The notes under the pieces: generated by a model
Seen by the model: the letters and a program-made list of their open reading frames with translations, nothing else
The model's database searches: none
Told to the model about the DNA's origin: nothing
Origin: an uncultured Acidobacteriota bacterium
Lineage (GTDB): Bacteria; Acidobacteriota; Thermoanaerobaculia; UBA5066; DATFVB01
NCBI GenBank assembly: GCA_963813155.1
Contig: CAWEYG010000002.1
Location: forward strand, 640,001 to 704,000
DNA: 64,000 bases
Reading direction: 5' to 3'
In this document: piece after piece, positions 1 through 8,231 of the stretch
Numbering within the stretch: position 1 is the stretch's first letter
Layout of the letters: every line of letters begins with the position of its first letter
Program-made: the position numbers and the translations under genes

Positions 1-296
1 GTCCGTCCCCCGGCGTCCCGATAGGCGAGGAAGGCGTCCCCTTCGACGGAATCCAGCTCGACGTCGCGCGCGACCGCGGGGTTCTTGAGGAAATCGTGAA
101 CGGCCCCGTTCTCCTCGATCGAGATGAGAACCGGCTCGGAGTCCAGGCGCGGCGCGTCGAAAATCCGGAGGCGGAAGAACGCCGACGCGTTCTCGATCTT
201 GCGCGCGCGATACACTTTTCCGAGCGCGTCCGCGCCGATCTTCTCAGCGAGCAGATACGACCCGAAAAGCCGCGGGACGATCTCGTTTTCGGCCAT
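1..296 (-). CDS. Ser/Thr kinase-like protein, N-terminal part (runs off window); possibly a pseudokinase
   Basis: Manual translation from ATG at 296: MAENEIVPRLFGSYLLAEKIGADALGKVYRARK..., resembling Hanks kinase subdomain I but with a degenerate Gly loop. Confidence 0.6.
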   Translation of the reverse strand, partial: MAENEIVPRLFGSYLLAEKIGADALGKVYRARKIENASAFFRLRIFDAPRLDSEPVLISIEENGAVHDFLKNPAVARDVELDSVEGDAFLAYRDAGGR

Positions 297-345
297 CAAA
301 CCTTTATGGGTACGGGGTTAAGCTAACACGCCCCCCGGACCATCG

Positions 346-1386
346 TCAACGCGGCTCTTCGCCGTTCGCGGCCGCGGAGTTCGCCCGGCTCTTCTCGATC
401 ATCTGCAGGTGGTCGGCGTAGGTTTTCGAGAAGTAGTGCCCGCCGTCTCCCCGGGCCACGAAATAGAGATCGTCGCTCGCCATCGGCTCCACGGCGGCCC
501 GAAGAGACGCGACGCCCGGATTGCAGATCGGCCCCGGCGGAAGGCCGGAGTTCAGATACGTGTTGTACGGCGACTCGAAATCCAGGTCCGAGCGGTGCAG
601 GCGGCCCGTCCACTTGCCCGCCTTTTCGAGCGCGTAGATCACCGTCGGGTCGCACTGGAGGCGCATGCCGAGCTTCAGCCGGTTGAGATAAACGGCCGCG
701 ACGTGGGGCCTTTCGGAACGCAGGGAAGTCTCCTTCTCGACGAGCGAAGCAATCGTGACGACGTGACGCACCGAGAGCCCCGTGGCCTCCGCCCTCTTCT
801 GCATCTCCGTGCTGAAGTGGTGCTCGAAGTTCTCGAGCATGCGCGTGACGATCTCGCGGGTCGGCGTCGACCGGGTCGCGATGTAGGTGTCCGGAAACAG
901 AAACCCCTCGAGATCCGTCGTCTGGGCCGTCGCCCACGGAAGGACCTTCACGGCCTCGCCGGCCGCGCGCCGGAAGCCCTGCGCCGAGCCGATCCGCTGC
1001 TGCAGAAACAGCGCGAAACTCTCCTCGTCCGTCAACCCCTCGGGGACGACGACCGTGTGGCGGACGACTTCGCCCGAAACGATCGTCGCGATCACCCGGT
1101 CGAGCGACTGCGGCCCCGAAAACGCGTACTCGCCCGCGCGAAGCGATTCGCTTCGATAGAAGAGCCGATAGTAGATTTCCGCGACGACCGCGTCGCGCAC
1201 GACGCCGGCCCGCTCGAGTTGCCGGAAGATCCCGCGCGTCGAGGTCCCGATCGGGAACTCGACGGTCGCCGACGGCCCGGCAAAACCCTGAAACGGCGTC
1301 CGGATCCAGACGTAGCCCGCGAGGCAGGCGAGCGCCGCGATCAGCAGGAACACGAGAATCGCCCGGCGGGCGCGGTGCCGGCTCAT
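346..1386 (-). CDS. mltG: Endolytic transglycosylase MltG (YceG family)
   Basis: N-terminal TM helix; LEGFLFPDTY, ASLVEKET, NRLKLGMRLQCDPTV, SPYNTY..GLPPGPICNPG motifs. Confidence 0.95.
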   Translation of the reverse strand: MSRHRARRAILVFLLIAALACLAGYVWIRTPFQGFAGPSATVEFPIGTSTRGIFRQLERAGVVRDAVVAEIYYRLFYRSESLRAGEYAFSGPQSLDRVIATIVSGEVVRHTVVVPEGLTDEESFALFLQQRIGSAQGFRRAAGEAVKVLPWATAQTTDLEGFLFPDTYIATRSTPTREIVTRMLENFEHHFSTEMQKRAEATGLSVRHVVTIASLVEKETSLRSERPHVAAVYLNRLKLGMRLQCDPTVIYALEKAGKWTGRLHRSDLDFESPYNTYLNSGLPPGPICNPGVASLRAAVEPMASDDLYFVARGDGGHYFSKTYADHLQMIEKSRANSAAANGEEPR

Positions 1387-1772
1387 CGCCCGCGCCCCGA
1401 AAGGAATTCCTCGAGGATGACGGCCGCCGCGTCGGCGTCGGAGCCCTCCCGGCCGGGAACCCGGCGCTCGGCTTCCCGGGTCGTCAGGTGCTCGTTGACG
1501 GCGTGGACCGGCAACTCCGCCGCCTTTTCCAGCTTCCTGCCGAAGGACCGGACGCGAGCCGCGAGCTCGTTTTCCCGGCCGTCGGCGTGGTGGGGAATTC
1601 CGAGGACGATCTCCCCCACTTCCTCCTCCCGCAGGAACTTCAGGATCTCGTCGACCGCCCGGTTATCGCTGCGGCGGGAAAGGGTCCGCCGGGGCGTCGC
1701 GATCAGCCCCGAGGCGTCCGAGGTCGCGAGGCCGATGCGCCTTTCCCCGAAGTCCACGGCCAGGTATTTCAC
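1383..1772 (-). CDS. ruvX: Holliday junction resolvase-like / pre-16S rRNA nuclease YqgF (RuvX)
   Basis: YLAVDFGERRIGLA, NEHLTT, DAAAVILE motifs; overlaps the start of mltG. Confidence 0.92.
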   Translation of the reverse strand: MKYLAVDFGERRIGLATSDASGLIATPRRTLSRRSDNRAVDEILKFLREEEVGEIVLGIPHHADGRENELAARVRSFGRKLEKAAELPVHAVNEHLTTREAERRVPGREGSDADAAAVILEEFLSGRGR

Positions 1773-1812
1773 GGAAAAAGAATAGCCGAAAACTCGAATA
1801 AGATTGCCGGGG

Positions 1813-3858
1813 ATGGCGACCGAACAAATCGCGCTGGCCGGAATTGAACGCCCGCGCCGCGAGCAACTGCAACGCTGGTACCGGCTTCTTCACCTGGGGC
1901 GCGTCCTGGACGACAAGGCCCCGAACTACCTGAAGCAGGGCCTCGGCTGGAGTTACCACGCGCCGAACGCGGGCCACGACGCGATTCAGCTCGCGCTCGG
2001 GCTGACGTTTCGCCCGGGACGGGATTACCTCTTTCCCTATTACCGCGACCTCACGACCTGCCTCGCGGCGGGGCTGACGGTCGAGGAAATCCTCCTGAAC
2101 GGGATGTCGAAGGCGACCGATCCCGCCTCCGGCGGCCGCCACATGTCGAACCACTTCGCGAAGCCCGAGATCGGCATTCAGAACGTGTCCTCCGCGGTCT
2201 CGAACCACGCACAGCACGCCGCGGGCCTCGCGCGCGCCGTCAAGGACTACGGGCGGGACTCCCTCGTGTTCTGCTCCGTCGGCGAATCGTCCACCTCGGA
2301 AGGCTACTTCTACGAAGCCGTGAACGGAGCGAGCCGCGAGCTGCTCGCGGTCGTCTTCGTCGTCCAGGACAACGGATACGGCATCTCCGTGCCGAAATCG
2401 GACCAGACGGCCAACGAGTTTGCGTCCGACAATTTTCGCGGATTCAAGAACGTCGCCGTCCTCCACTGCGACGGCACGGACGTCTTCGACTCCTTCCGCG
2501 CGATGGGAGAGGCGGTCGAATGGGCCCGGCGCGGCCAGGGGTGCGCGCTCGTCCACGCAAAGTGCGTGCGAATCGGACCGCATTCGAACTCCGACCGGCA
2601 GGAGCTCTACCGCTCCCCCGAGGAGCTCGCCGCCGCGAAGGCGGCCGATCCGCTTCCGAAATTTCGCCGGCGGCTCCTGGAGCAGGGCCTGCTGAGCGAA
2701 GCGGATCTCGCCGAGATCGAAGAATCCAACCGAGCCGCCTACGAGCAGGCGGCCGACGCGGCGCGAAAAGCCCCCGACCCCTCGCCCGACTCGATCTTCG
2801 AGTTCGTCGTGCCGGAGGCGTGGAAGCCCGCGAGCTGGCCCGACGGGCTGCCGGACGGCTCCGGGACCGAAATGTCGCTGATCCAGGCGCTCAACACCAC
2901 GCTGAAGGAAGAATTCCGATCGAGCCCCGACACGTTCCTCTGGGGCCAGGACGTCGCGAACAAGGAAAAAGGCGGCGTGTTCAACGTCACGAAAGGGATG
3001 CAGCAGGAATTCGGAGAGAAACGTGTCCGAAACGCGCCGATCGCCGAGGACTACATCATGGGCACGGCCGACGGCTTTTCGCGCCTCGACGACAAGATCC
3101 GCGTGATCGTGGAAGGGGCGGAGTTCGCGGACTACTTCTGGCCGGCGGCCGAGCAGATGGTGGAGATGTCGCACGAATACTGGCGCACGAACGGGAAGTT
3201 CTCGCCGAACGTGACGGTCCGGCTCGCCTCCGGCGGATACATCGGGGGCGGCCTCTACCATTCCCAGAACATCGAGGGATGGCTCACGACGCTGCCGGGA
3301 ATCCGCGTCGTCGTCCCCGCCTTTGCCGACGACGCGGCGGGGCTCCTGCGCTCGGCGATCCGCTCGCGCGGCGTGACGCTCTACCTCGAACCGAAATTCC
3401 TCTACAACCTTCCGGCCGCGAGGGCGAAAGTTCCGGCCGATTTCGCGGTCCCGTTCGGAAAGGCGAGGACGCGGCGCGAGGGGAAGGATTTGACGATCCT
3501 CGCCTATGGCACTCCCGTGCACTTCGCGCTCGAAGCCGCGCAGGCCCTCGAAAAGGAAGGCAAAAGCGTCGAGGTGATCGACCTGCGGTCGCTCGTTCCT
3601 CTCGACCTCGACGCGATCCTCGCCTCCGTCCGGAAGACGAGCCGGGTGTTGGTCGCGCACGAAGACAAGGTCCACGGCGGCTTCGGCGGCGAGGTCGCCT
3701 CGCAGGTCCAGGAGAACGCGTTCGCGTTCCTCGACGCCCCGATCGGGCGCGTCGGATCGACGTTCACGCCGGTCGGCTTCAACCGCATCCTCGAGCGGGC
3801 GATCCTGCCGAACACCGAGAGAGTGCTCGCCGCCGCGAAGAAGGTACTGGAGTACTGA
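1813..3858 (+). CDS. 2-oxoacid dehydrogenase E1, fused alpha/beta subunits (branched-chain type likely)
   Basis: YYRD, TPP-binding GESSTSEG...N, HSNSD loop; beta half GQDV, GGVF, PIAE, HSQ, EPK, VIDLRSL; ATG at 1813. Confidence 0.9.
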   Translation: MATEQIALAGIERPRREQLQRWYRLLHLGRVLDDKAPNYLKQGLGWSYHAPNAGHDAIQLALGLTFRPGRDYLFPYYRDLTTCLAAGLTVEEILLNGMSKATDPASGGRHMSNHFAKPEIGIQNVSSAVSNHAQHAAGLARAVKDYGRDSLVFCSVGESSTSEGYFYEAVNGASRELLAVVFVVQDNGYGISVPKSDQTANEFASDNFRGFKNVAVLHCDGTDVFDSFRAMGEAVEWARRGQGCALVHAKCVRIGPHSNSDRQELYRSPEELAAAKAADPLPKFRRRLLEQGLLSEADLAEIEESNRAAYEQAADAARKAPDPSPDSIFEFVVPEAWKPASWPDGLPDGSGTEMSLIQALNTTLKEEFRSSPDTFLWGQDVANKEKGGVFNVTKGMQQEFGEKRVRNAPIAEDYIMGTADGFSRLDDKIRVIVEGAEFADYFWPAAEQMVEMSHEYWRTNGKFSPNVTVRLASGGYIGGGLYHSQNIEGWLTTLPGIRVVVPAFADDAAGLLRSAIRSRGVTLYLEPKFLYNLPAARAKVPADFAVPFGKARTRREGKDLTILAYGTPVHFALEAAQALEKEGKSVEVIDLRSLVPLDLDAILASVRKTSRVLVAHEDKVHGGFGGEVASQVQENAFAFLDAPIGRVGSTFTPVGFNRILERAILPNTERVLAAAKKVLEY

Positions 3859-3887
3859 AACAGGCTCCTCGCTCACCCTCCGACGCG

Positions 3888-4298
3888 TTGTCCTCCAATT
3901 CCGTAAACCCTCGTGATGAAGGGACTCGCGGTTCCCCCACCGAGAAACCGTCGGGGTTTCATAGCATCGCAGGGAGCTATTCGGCTACGTATACATTTTG
4001 CGATCCTTACTCCAGCGTCGTTGAGCTAAAGCAAGACGGTCAGGTCGTCAAGAGCGACATTCCCGGTGCTGGCGCTCTGGAAATCCTCGTTACGCGTCAG
4101 TCGGAGCAAAACCGAATCGAGAGCGCGTCAATCATCCCATCCGAAGCGGTGTGCCCCGCCAACTCGAGCTGGAACCTCGATGTGAAGGAGAACGGTATGA
4201 CGATCGAACTCTCAAGAGTCATCGGCAAAGGCAGTTGCCCGGAAAAATGTGGATACTCAACACAATTCTTTGATCTCGTCCTCCAGAGAATCCAGTAG
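3888..4298 (+). CDS. Hypothetical orphan ORF in a lower-GC segment (possible remnant)
   Basis: Open frame from TTG at 3888, protein-like composition with 4 Cys; no recognisable family. Confidence 0.3.
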   Translation: MSSNSVNPRDEGTRGSPTEKPSGFHSIAGSYSATYTFCDPYSSVVELKQDGQVVKSDIPGAGALEILVTRQSEQNRIESASIIPSEAVCPANSSWNLDVKENGMTIELSRVIGKGSCPEKCGYSTQFFDLVLQRIQ

Positions 4299-4452
4299 CC
4301 AATTCTGCTCGCCGCGACAAGGAAAGGTCGTGGGAGTACTGAGCGAACGTCAGATCCCGGGAGGTGTCCATTACCCGAGGGAATCCAGAGGCCGGTAGCA
4401 GGGCCAACCAAGCGTTGTCGATCGAGCTTCAAGAACGCACCTCGGCAACTTA

Positions 4453-4478
4453 GTATGGTAGTATGGTGTTTGTATGGT
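4453..4478 (+). promoter_or_regulatory. GTATGGT x3 direct repeats; probable operator for the RHH antitoxin
   Basis: GTATGGT at 4453, 4461 and 4472, the last overlapping the antitoxin ATG. Confidence 0.5.
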
Positions 4479-4755
4479 GAAAGTCACCTTCACACTCGAT
4501 GAACCGACGGTCGAACGACTCCGCCTCTCCGCGCAGCGATTGAGCCGCCCGAAGAGCGCGGTCGTCCGTGAGGCGATCAACGACTACGCGCTTCGCGTCG
4601 GGAAGCTTTCCGAAGCCGAGCGGCGGCGAATGCTCCAGGCGTTCGACCGACTCGTGCCCTTGATCCCAAAGCGACCCGTTGCGGAGGTCGAGCGAGAGCT
4701 CAAGAGTATCCGCGAAAGCCGGCGCTCCGGAGGCCGGCGGAGCAAGATTCGCTGA
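4474..4755 (+). CDS. vapB: Ribbon-helix-helix (CopG-like) antitoxin, VapB-type
   Basis: MVKVTFTLDE...KSAVVREAI RHH pattern; directly upstream of a PIN gene. Confidence 0.8.
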   Translation: MVKVTFTLDEPTVERLRLSAQRLSRPKSAVVREAINDYALRVGKLSEAERRRMLQAFDRLVPLIPKRPVAEVERELKSIRESRRSGGRRSKIR

Positions 4756-5141
4756 TTCACCTCGACACATCCGTTCTCGTCGACACGCTGGCGGGACCGA
4801 GGCGGTCAGTCCGAGCCCTGCGGGAGGCGCTCGATCACGGTGAACGAATCGAGATCTCCGCACTCGTCCTTTATGAATGGAATCGAGGCCCTCGACGTTC
4901 GCAGGAGCTGATCGTTCAGGAGACACTCTTTCCTTCTGAGCTTGCTCTGCCCTTCGGGCCGCGCGAGGCGGCGCTTGCCGGATCTCTGTATCGCCGCCTG
5001 AAGAAACCGCGCGGGAGGGAGGTCGACCTCGCGATCGCGGCCTGCGCGATTTCGCGCGAAGCGAGCCTTTGGACCCTGAATCCCCGGGATTTCAAGGACA
5101 TCCCGGAACTGGCGCTTTACGATCCAGCCGCCGAAGGCTGA
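4752..5141 (+). CDS. vapC: PIN-domain toxin VapC (CTG start; absent from the ORF track)
   Basis: Manual translation (L/M)IHLDTSVLVD...LYEW...DLAIAACAI...LWTLNPRDF; CTGA overlap with the antitoxin stop. Confidence 0.85.
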   Translation: MIHLDTSVLVDTLAGPRRSVRALREALDHGERIEISALVLYEWNRGPRRSQELIVQETLFPSELALPFGPREAALAGSLYRRLKKPRGREVDLAIAACAISREASLWTLNPRDFKDIPELALYDPAAEG

Positions 5142-5214
5142 GCGTCGACTCGCTGAAACCTTCCCCTCCGATTCGAAATCTCAGGAACGTGGCACACTCC
5201 AACGGGAGGAACCG

Positions 5215-5704
5215 ATGAAGATCATCCTTTTCGCGCTCGCTGCGGTCGCGATCCTGTCTGCGGCATTCTCAATCGCCGCCGGTGCGGACGCGGGCGGCGC
5301 GACGGGCCTCTCGCTCGCTCCCGGTCTTTCCTTCACCGACGATTCCAGCGCGAATTTTCCGATCCGCGGGGCGAACCTCGGGAGCGGCGAGATCGCCGCG
5401 GGGCTCCCCACGATCGTCTTCTTCGGAACGTCGCACTGCTGGAACACGAACCGCGAAGCCGAGCGCCTCGTCGCGTTTGCCGCGAAGCACAAGGACGAGG
5501 CGCGCTTCCTCGTCGTCGACCTCGACCACCCGTCGCGGCCGCAGAGGAAGCTGATGGAGGCGTACTACCACGGCTACATCCCGACGCTCGCGTTCCTCGA
5601 CAAAACCGGAAAAGCCGTCTACGACCGCTCCGGTGAGACCTCCCGCACGCCGCGCGGACACGTCCGGGCTCGAAGAGATTTTTCAGAAGACGCTCGCCCC
5701 CTAA
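5215..5704 (+). CDS. Exported thioredoxin-fold protein (frameshift near 5650)
   Basis: Signal peptide; IVFFGTSHCWNT, FLVVDLD, YIPTLAFLDKTG; alternate frame ends DTSGLEEIFQKTLAP* at 5704. Confidence 0.6.
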
Positions 5705-6627
5705 GCCTTCGGGTGGCTCTTCCGGTAGACCTCCATCAACCGCGCCGCGTCCGCGTGGGTGTAGCGCTGCGTCGTCGAAAGCGACGCGTGGCCGAGCAGC
5801 TCCTGGATCGAGCGCAGGTCAGCGCCGGCCGAAAGCAGGTGCGTCGCGAACGTGTGCCGCAGCGCGTGCGGCGAAATGCGCGAAGGAAGGCCCGCGTCGC
5901 GGAGGCGGCGTTTGAGGACCCGCGCGACGGATCTCGCGGTCAGACGCTCGCCGAGACGGTTCACGAAGAGCGGCTCCCCCTCTTCGCGTGGAACGTGCGC
6001 CGCGCGAAGGGCGCCGCGCGAAGGCAGGTATTTTCGAATCGCCTTCGCCGCGGGAGCTCCGAACGGCACGATCCGCTCCTTTCCCCCTTTTCCGAGCACG
6101 CGCACGAGCCTCTCGGAGAGGTCCAGGTCGTCCAGGTCGACGCCCGCGAGCTCCGAGACGCGCAGGCCCGTCGCGTAGAGAAACTCGAACATCGCCTGGT
6201 CGCGCTCCGGAAACGGAGCCGTCTCGTCCCCGGCCGAGAGGAGCCGGTCGGTGTCGGCCGCCGTCAGCGCCCGCGGAATCGTTTTCGGGGTCCTCGGGCT
6301 CGGGATTCCCGCGGCGGGGTTTTTCGGACAGATCCCTTCGCGGGAGGCCCAGGCGAAAAACGAGCGGATCGCGGAAAGGTGCCGCGAAAGCGACCGGCTC
6401 GAAAGCTTCGCCCGGTGGAGCGAGGCGACGTGGGCCCGGATCGCGAGCTTGTCGACGCGCGAAAGCGGCGTGGACGCCGCCGGCTCGTTCGCGAAGTCCT
6501 TCTCCCAGAACAGGCAGAACCGCTCCAGGTCGGCGCCGTACGCGCGCAGCGTCTGGGGGGAGAAATTGCGCTGAAGCGAAAGGAATTTCAGGAACTCTTC
6601 GACCGCGGCGGAAAGGGAAAGGCGCAT
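5701..6627 (-). CDS. xerC: Tyrosine recombinase XerC
   Basis: LYATGLRVSEL, VLGKGGKERIVP, HALRHTFATHLL, LLGHASLSTTQRY; N-terminal SAM-like domain. Confidence 0.9.
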   Translation of the reverse strand: MRLSLSAAVEEFLKFLSLQRNFSPQTLRAYGADLERFCLFWEKDFANEPAASTPLSRVDKLAIRAHVASLHRAKLSSRSLSRHLSAIRSFFAWASREGICPKNPAAGIPSPRTPKTIPRALTAADTDRLLSAGDETAPFPERDQAMFEFLYATGLRVSELAGVDLDDLDLSERLVRVLGKGGKERIVPFGAPAAKAIRKYLPSRGALRAAHVPREEGEPLFVNRLGERLTARSVARVLKRRLRDAGLPSRISPHALRHTFATHLLSAGADLRSIQELLGHASLSTTQRYTHADAARLMEVYRKSHPKA

Positions 6628-6727
6628 CGGAATACGATCATTGAAACACATTTTCGATTCGTGTACGATTCGTGCGTCCTCACACAAAGCGCCGGCATTC
6701 CTTCGTCTGCCTCCGAAAGGAGAAAAG

Positions 6728-7165
6728 ATGAAATGCCTCGCGATCCTCGGTTCGGTCCTGCTCGGCGTCGCTCCCCCGGCCTTCGCCGGCGGAGGCTCGG
6801 ATCTCACGTTCCAGATCTTTCCCGACTTCGGCGTCTCTTCCGACAACGCCACGATCTGCCGCGTCACGGTGACGAACTACTCCGGAGACCCGCTCGACGG
6901 ACGCCGCATCGGATTCGAGGCGTCCGCGATCGAGAACGGAGTCGTCGTCGAGCGCGAACGGGGCCGCTTCCAGGGGATCCTGCGAAACGGAGAAAAGGCG
7001 GAAACGCTGATCGGCTTCAACGGAGTTTTTCGATATTTTGACGTCGTGGAGGCCCCGGTTTCCGGGCGCTCGCGTTCGGGAGGTTCGGCCCGCGGGCGCA
7101 AGGGCGCCTCGAAAACCGCGAAATCCAAGCCCGCTTCGAAGCCGCGAACGAAAAAGACGAATTAG
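6728..7165 (+). CDS. Hypothetical secreted protein with basic C-terminal tail
   Basis: RBS AAGGAG; signal peptide MKCLAILGSVLLGVAPPAFA; beta-rich core. Confidence 0.6.
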   Translation: MKCLAILGSVLLGVAPPAFAGGGSDLTFQIFPDFGVSSDNATICRVTVTNYSGDPLDGRRIGFEASAIENGVVVERERGRFQGILRNGEKAETLIGFNGVFRYFDVVEAPVSGRSRSGGSARGRKGASKTAKSKPASKPRTKKTN

Positions 7166-7187
7166 AATCGTCGGGAGGAGGCCCATC

Positions 7188-7745
7188 ATGAAACCCTTGC
7201 GCCGTCTCTGGATTCTCGCTCCACCGTTCCTGTTGCTGACTGCGCTCTTCGGCTGCTCGACCTCGAAATCGGCCAGCTCCGCCGCCGTGCCGCCCGCCTC
7301 CGCGGGCCCGCAACTGACCGCGATGATCGAAGGCCGGAGCGGAAGCGCGCTCACCGGCACGGCCACGTTCACCCAGAGCTCGGGAGCCGTCCACATCGTC
7401 GTCGACGTCAACAACGCGCCGGAAGGCGTCCACGCGGTTCACCTCCATGAAAAAGGTGACTGCGCGGCGCCCGACGCGAGCTCCGCGGGAGGCCACTTCA
7501 ACCCGACCCACATGTCCCACGGCTCGCCCGACTCGCCGAATCACCACGCGGGAGACTTCGGAAACATGACGGTCGGGAACGACGGGCACGGGCACCTCGA
7601 GCTTGATTCGACGATCCTCACGATCGCGCCGGGCGAGATGTCGGTCTCCGGCCACGCCGTCGTCGTGCACGCGAACGCCGACGACATGACGACCCAGCCG
7701 ACCGGAAACGCCGGCGGGCGGATCGGGTGCGGAGTGGTGAAGTAA
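7188..7745 (+). CDS. sodC: Cu/Zn superoxide dismutase, lipoprotein
   Basis: Lipobox LFGC; HAVHLHE, GGHFNP, HAGDFGN, VVHANADD, GNAGGRIGCGV. Confidence 0.93.
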   Translation: MKPLRRLWILAPPFLLLTALFGCSTSKSASSAAVPPASAGPQLTAMIEGRSGSALTGTATFTQSSGAVHIVVDVNNAPEGVHAVHLHEKGDCAAPDASSAGGHFNPTHMSHGSPDSPNHHAGDFGNMTVGNDGHGHLELDSTILTIAPGEMSVSGHAVVVHANADDMTTQPTGNAGGRIGCGVVK

Positions 7746-7747
7746 AA

Positions 7748-7833
7748 CCTCACCTTCGGCCTTCGGCCACCCCCTCCCGCGCTGACCAGTCGTCTGAAGG
7801 GCTGCCAGCTGGAGAGGGGGACGGGGGGTGAGG
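7748..7833. repeat. REP-like palindromic intergenic element
   Basis: CCTCACC...CCCCTCC pairs with GGAGAGGGG...GGTGAGG; inner GGCC-TTC-GGCC hairpin. Confidence 0.45.
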
Positions 7834-7852
7834 TCGTGGTAATGTTTTCGTG

Positions 7853-8182
7853 ATGTTGCGGCGTTTGCTCTCTTTCGTCCTCCTCGCGGCCCTCGCGACG
7901 ATCCTCGCCTCACCCTTCGCGGGCGCTGCGGAGGGCGCCGGCGCAATGGCCTGCTGCCGGGACGGCGCGAAGATGATCTGCTGCGCCCCTTCCGCCGGCT
8001 GCCAGATGAAGAGCTGTCCAAACTCCGATCGGGCGACGATGCTGCCGAGCCTCGAGCCGGCGGTCCCCGTGTCGACGTCCTACGAAATCGACCGGGTTCT
8101 CTGCCCGGATCCCCTCGTTTCTCTCCGAGCCGCGGCCGCGACTCTCCCCGCCCAGCCCCCCGACCAGCCTCCTCGCTTCTAA
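7853..8182 (+). CDS. Cys-rich exported leader protein with Pro-rich C-terminus (DUF2946/CutF/CruR-like)
   Basis: Signal peptide; CC-x7-CC-x5-C-x4-C cluster; ends QPPDQPPRF; extended -10 TGGTAATGT ends 7 nt before the ATG (leaderless). Confidence 0.65.
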   Translation: MLRRLLSFVLLAALATILASPFAGAAEGAGAMACCRDGAKMICCAPSAGCQMKSCPNSDRATMLPSLEPAVPVSTSYEIDRVLCPDPLVSLRAAAATLPAQPPDQPPRF

Positions 8183-8231
8183 AGCTTCCGCGCCTCAATC
8201 CCGATTCGTTTTTTTGAGGAGGTGAAGCTTG
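8168..8231 (+). promoter_or_regulatory. Hairpin sequestering the SD and start codon of the porin gene
   Basis: AAGCTTC(8182-88)/GAAGCTT(8224-30) and CCTCAA(8193-98)/TTGAGG(8214-19); anti-SD CCTCCTC at 8168-74; SD GAGGAGG at 8216-22. Confidence 0.6.

Noticed and set aside
5701-6627. Tyrosine recombinase as a prophage or island integrase
   Set aside because: Length and motifs fit housekeeping XerC; no phage genes, att repeats or tRNA nearby
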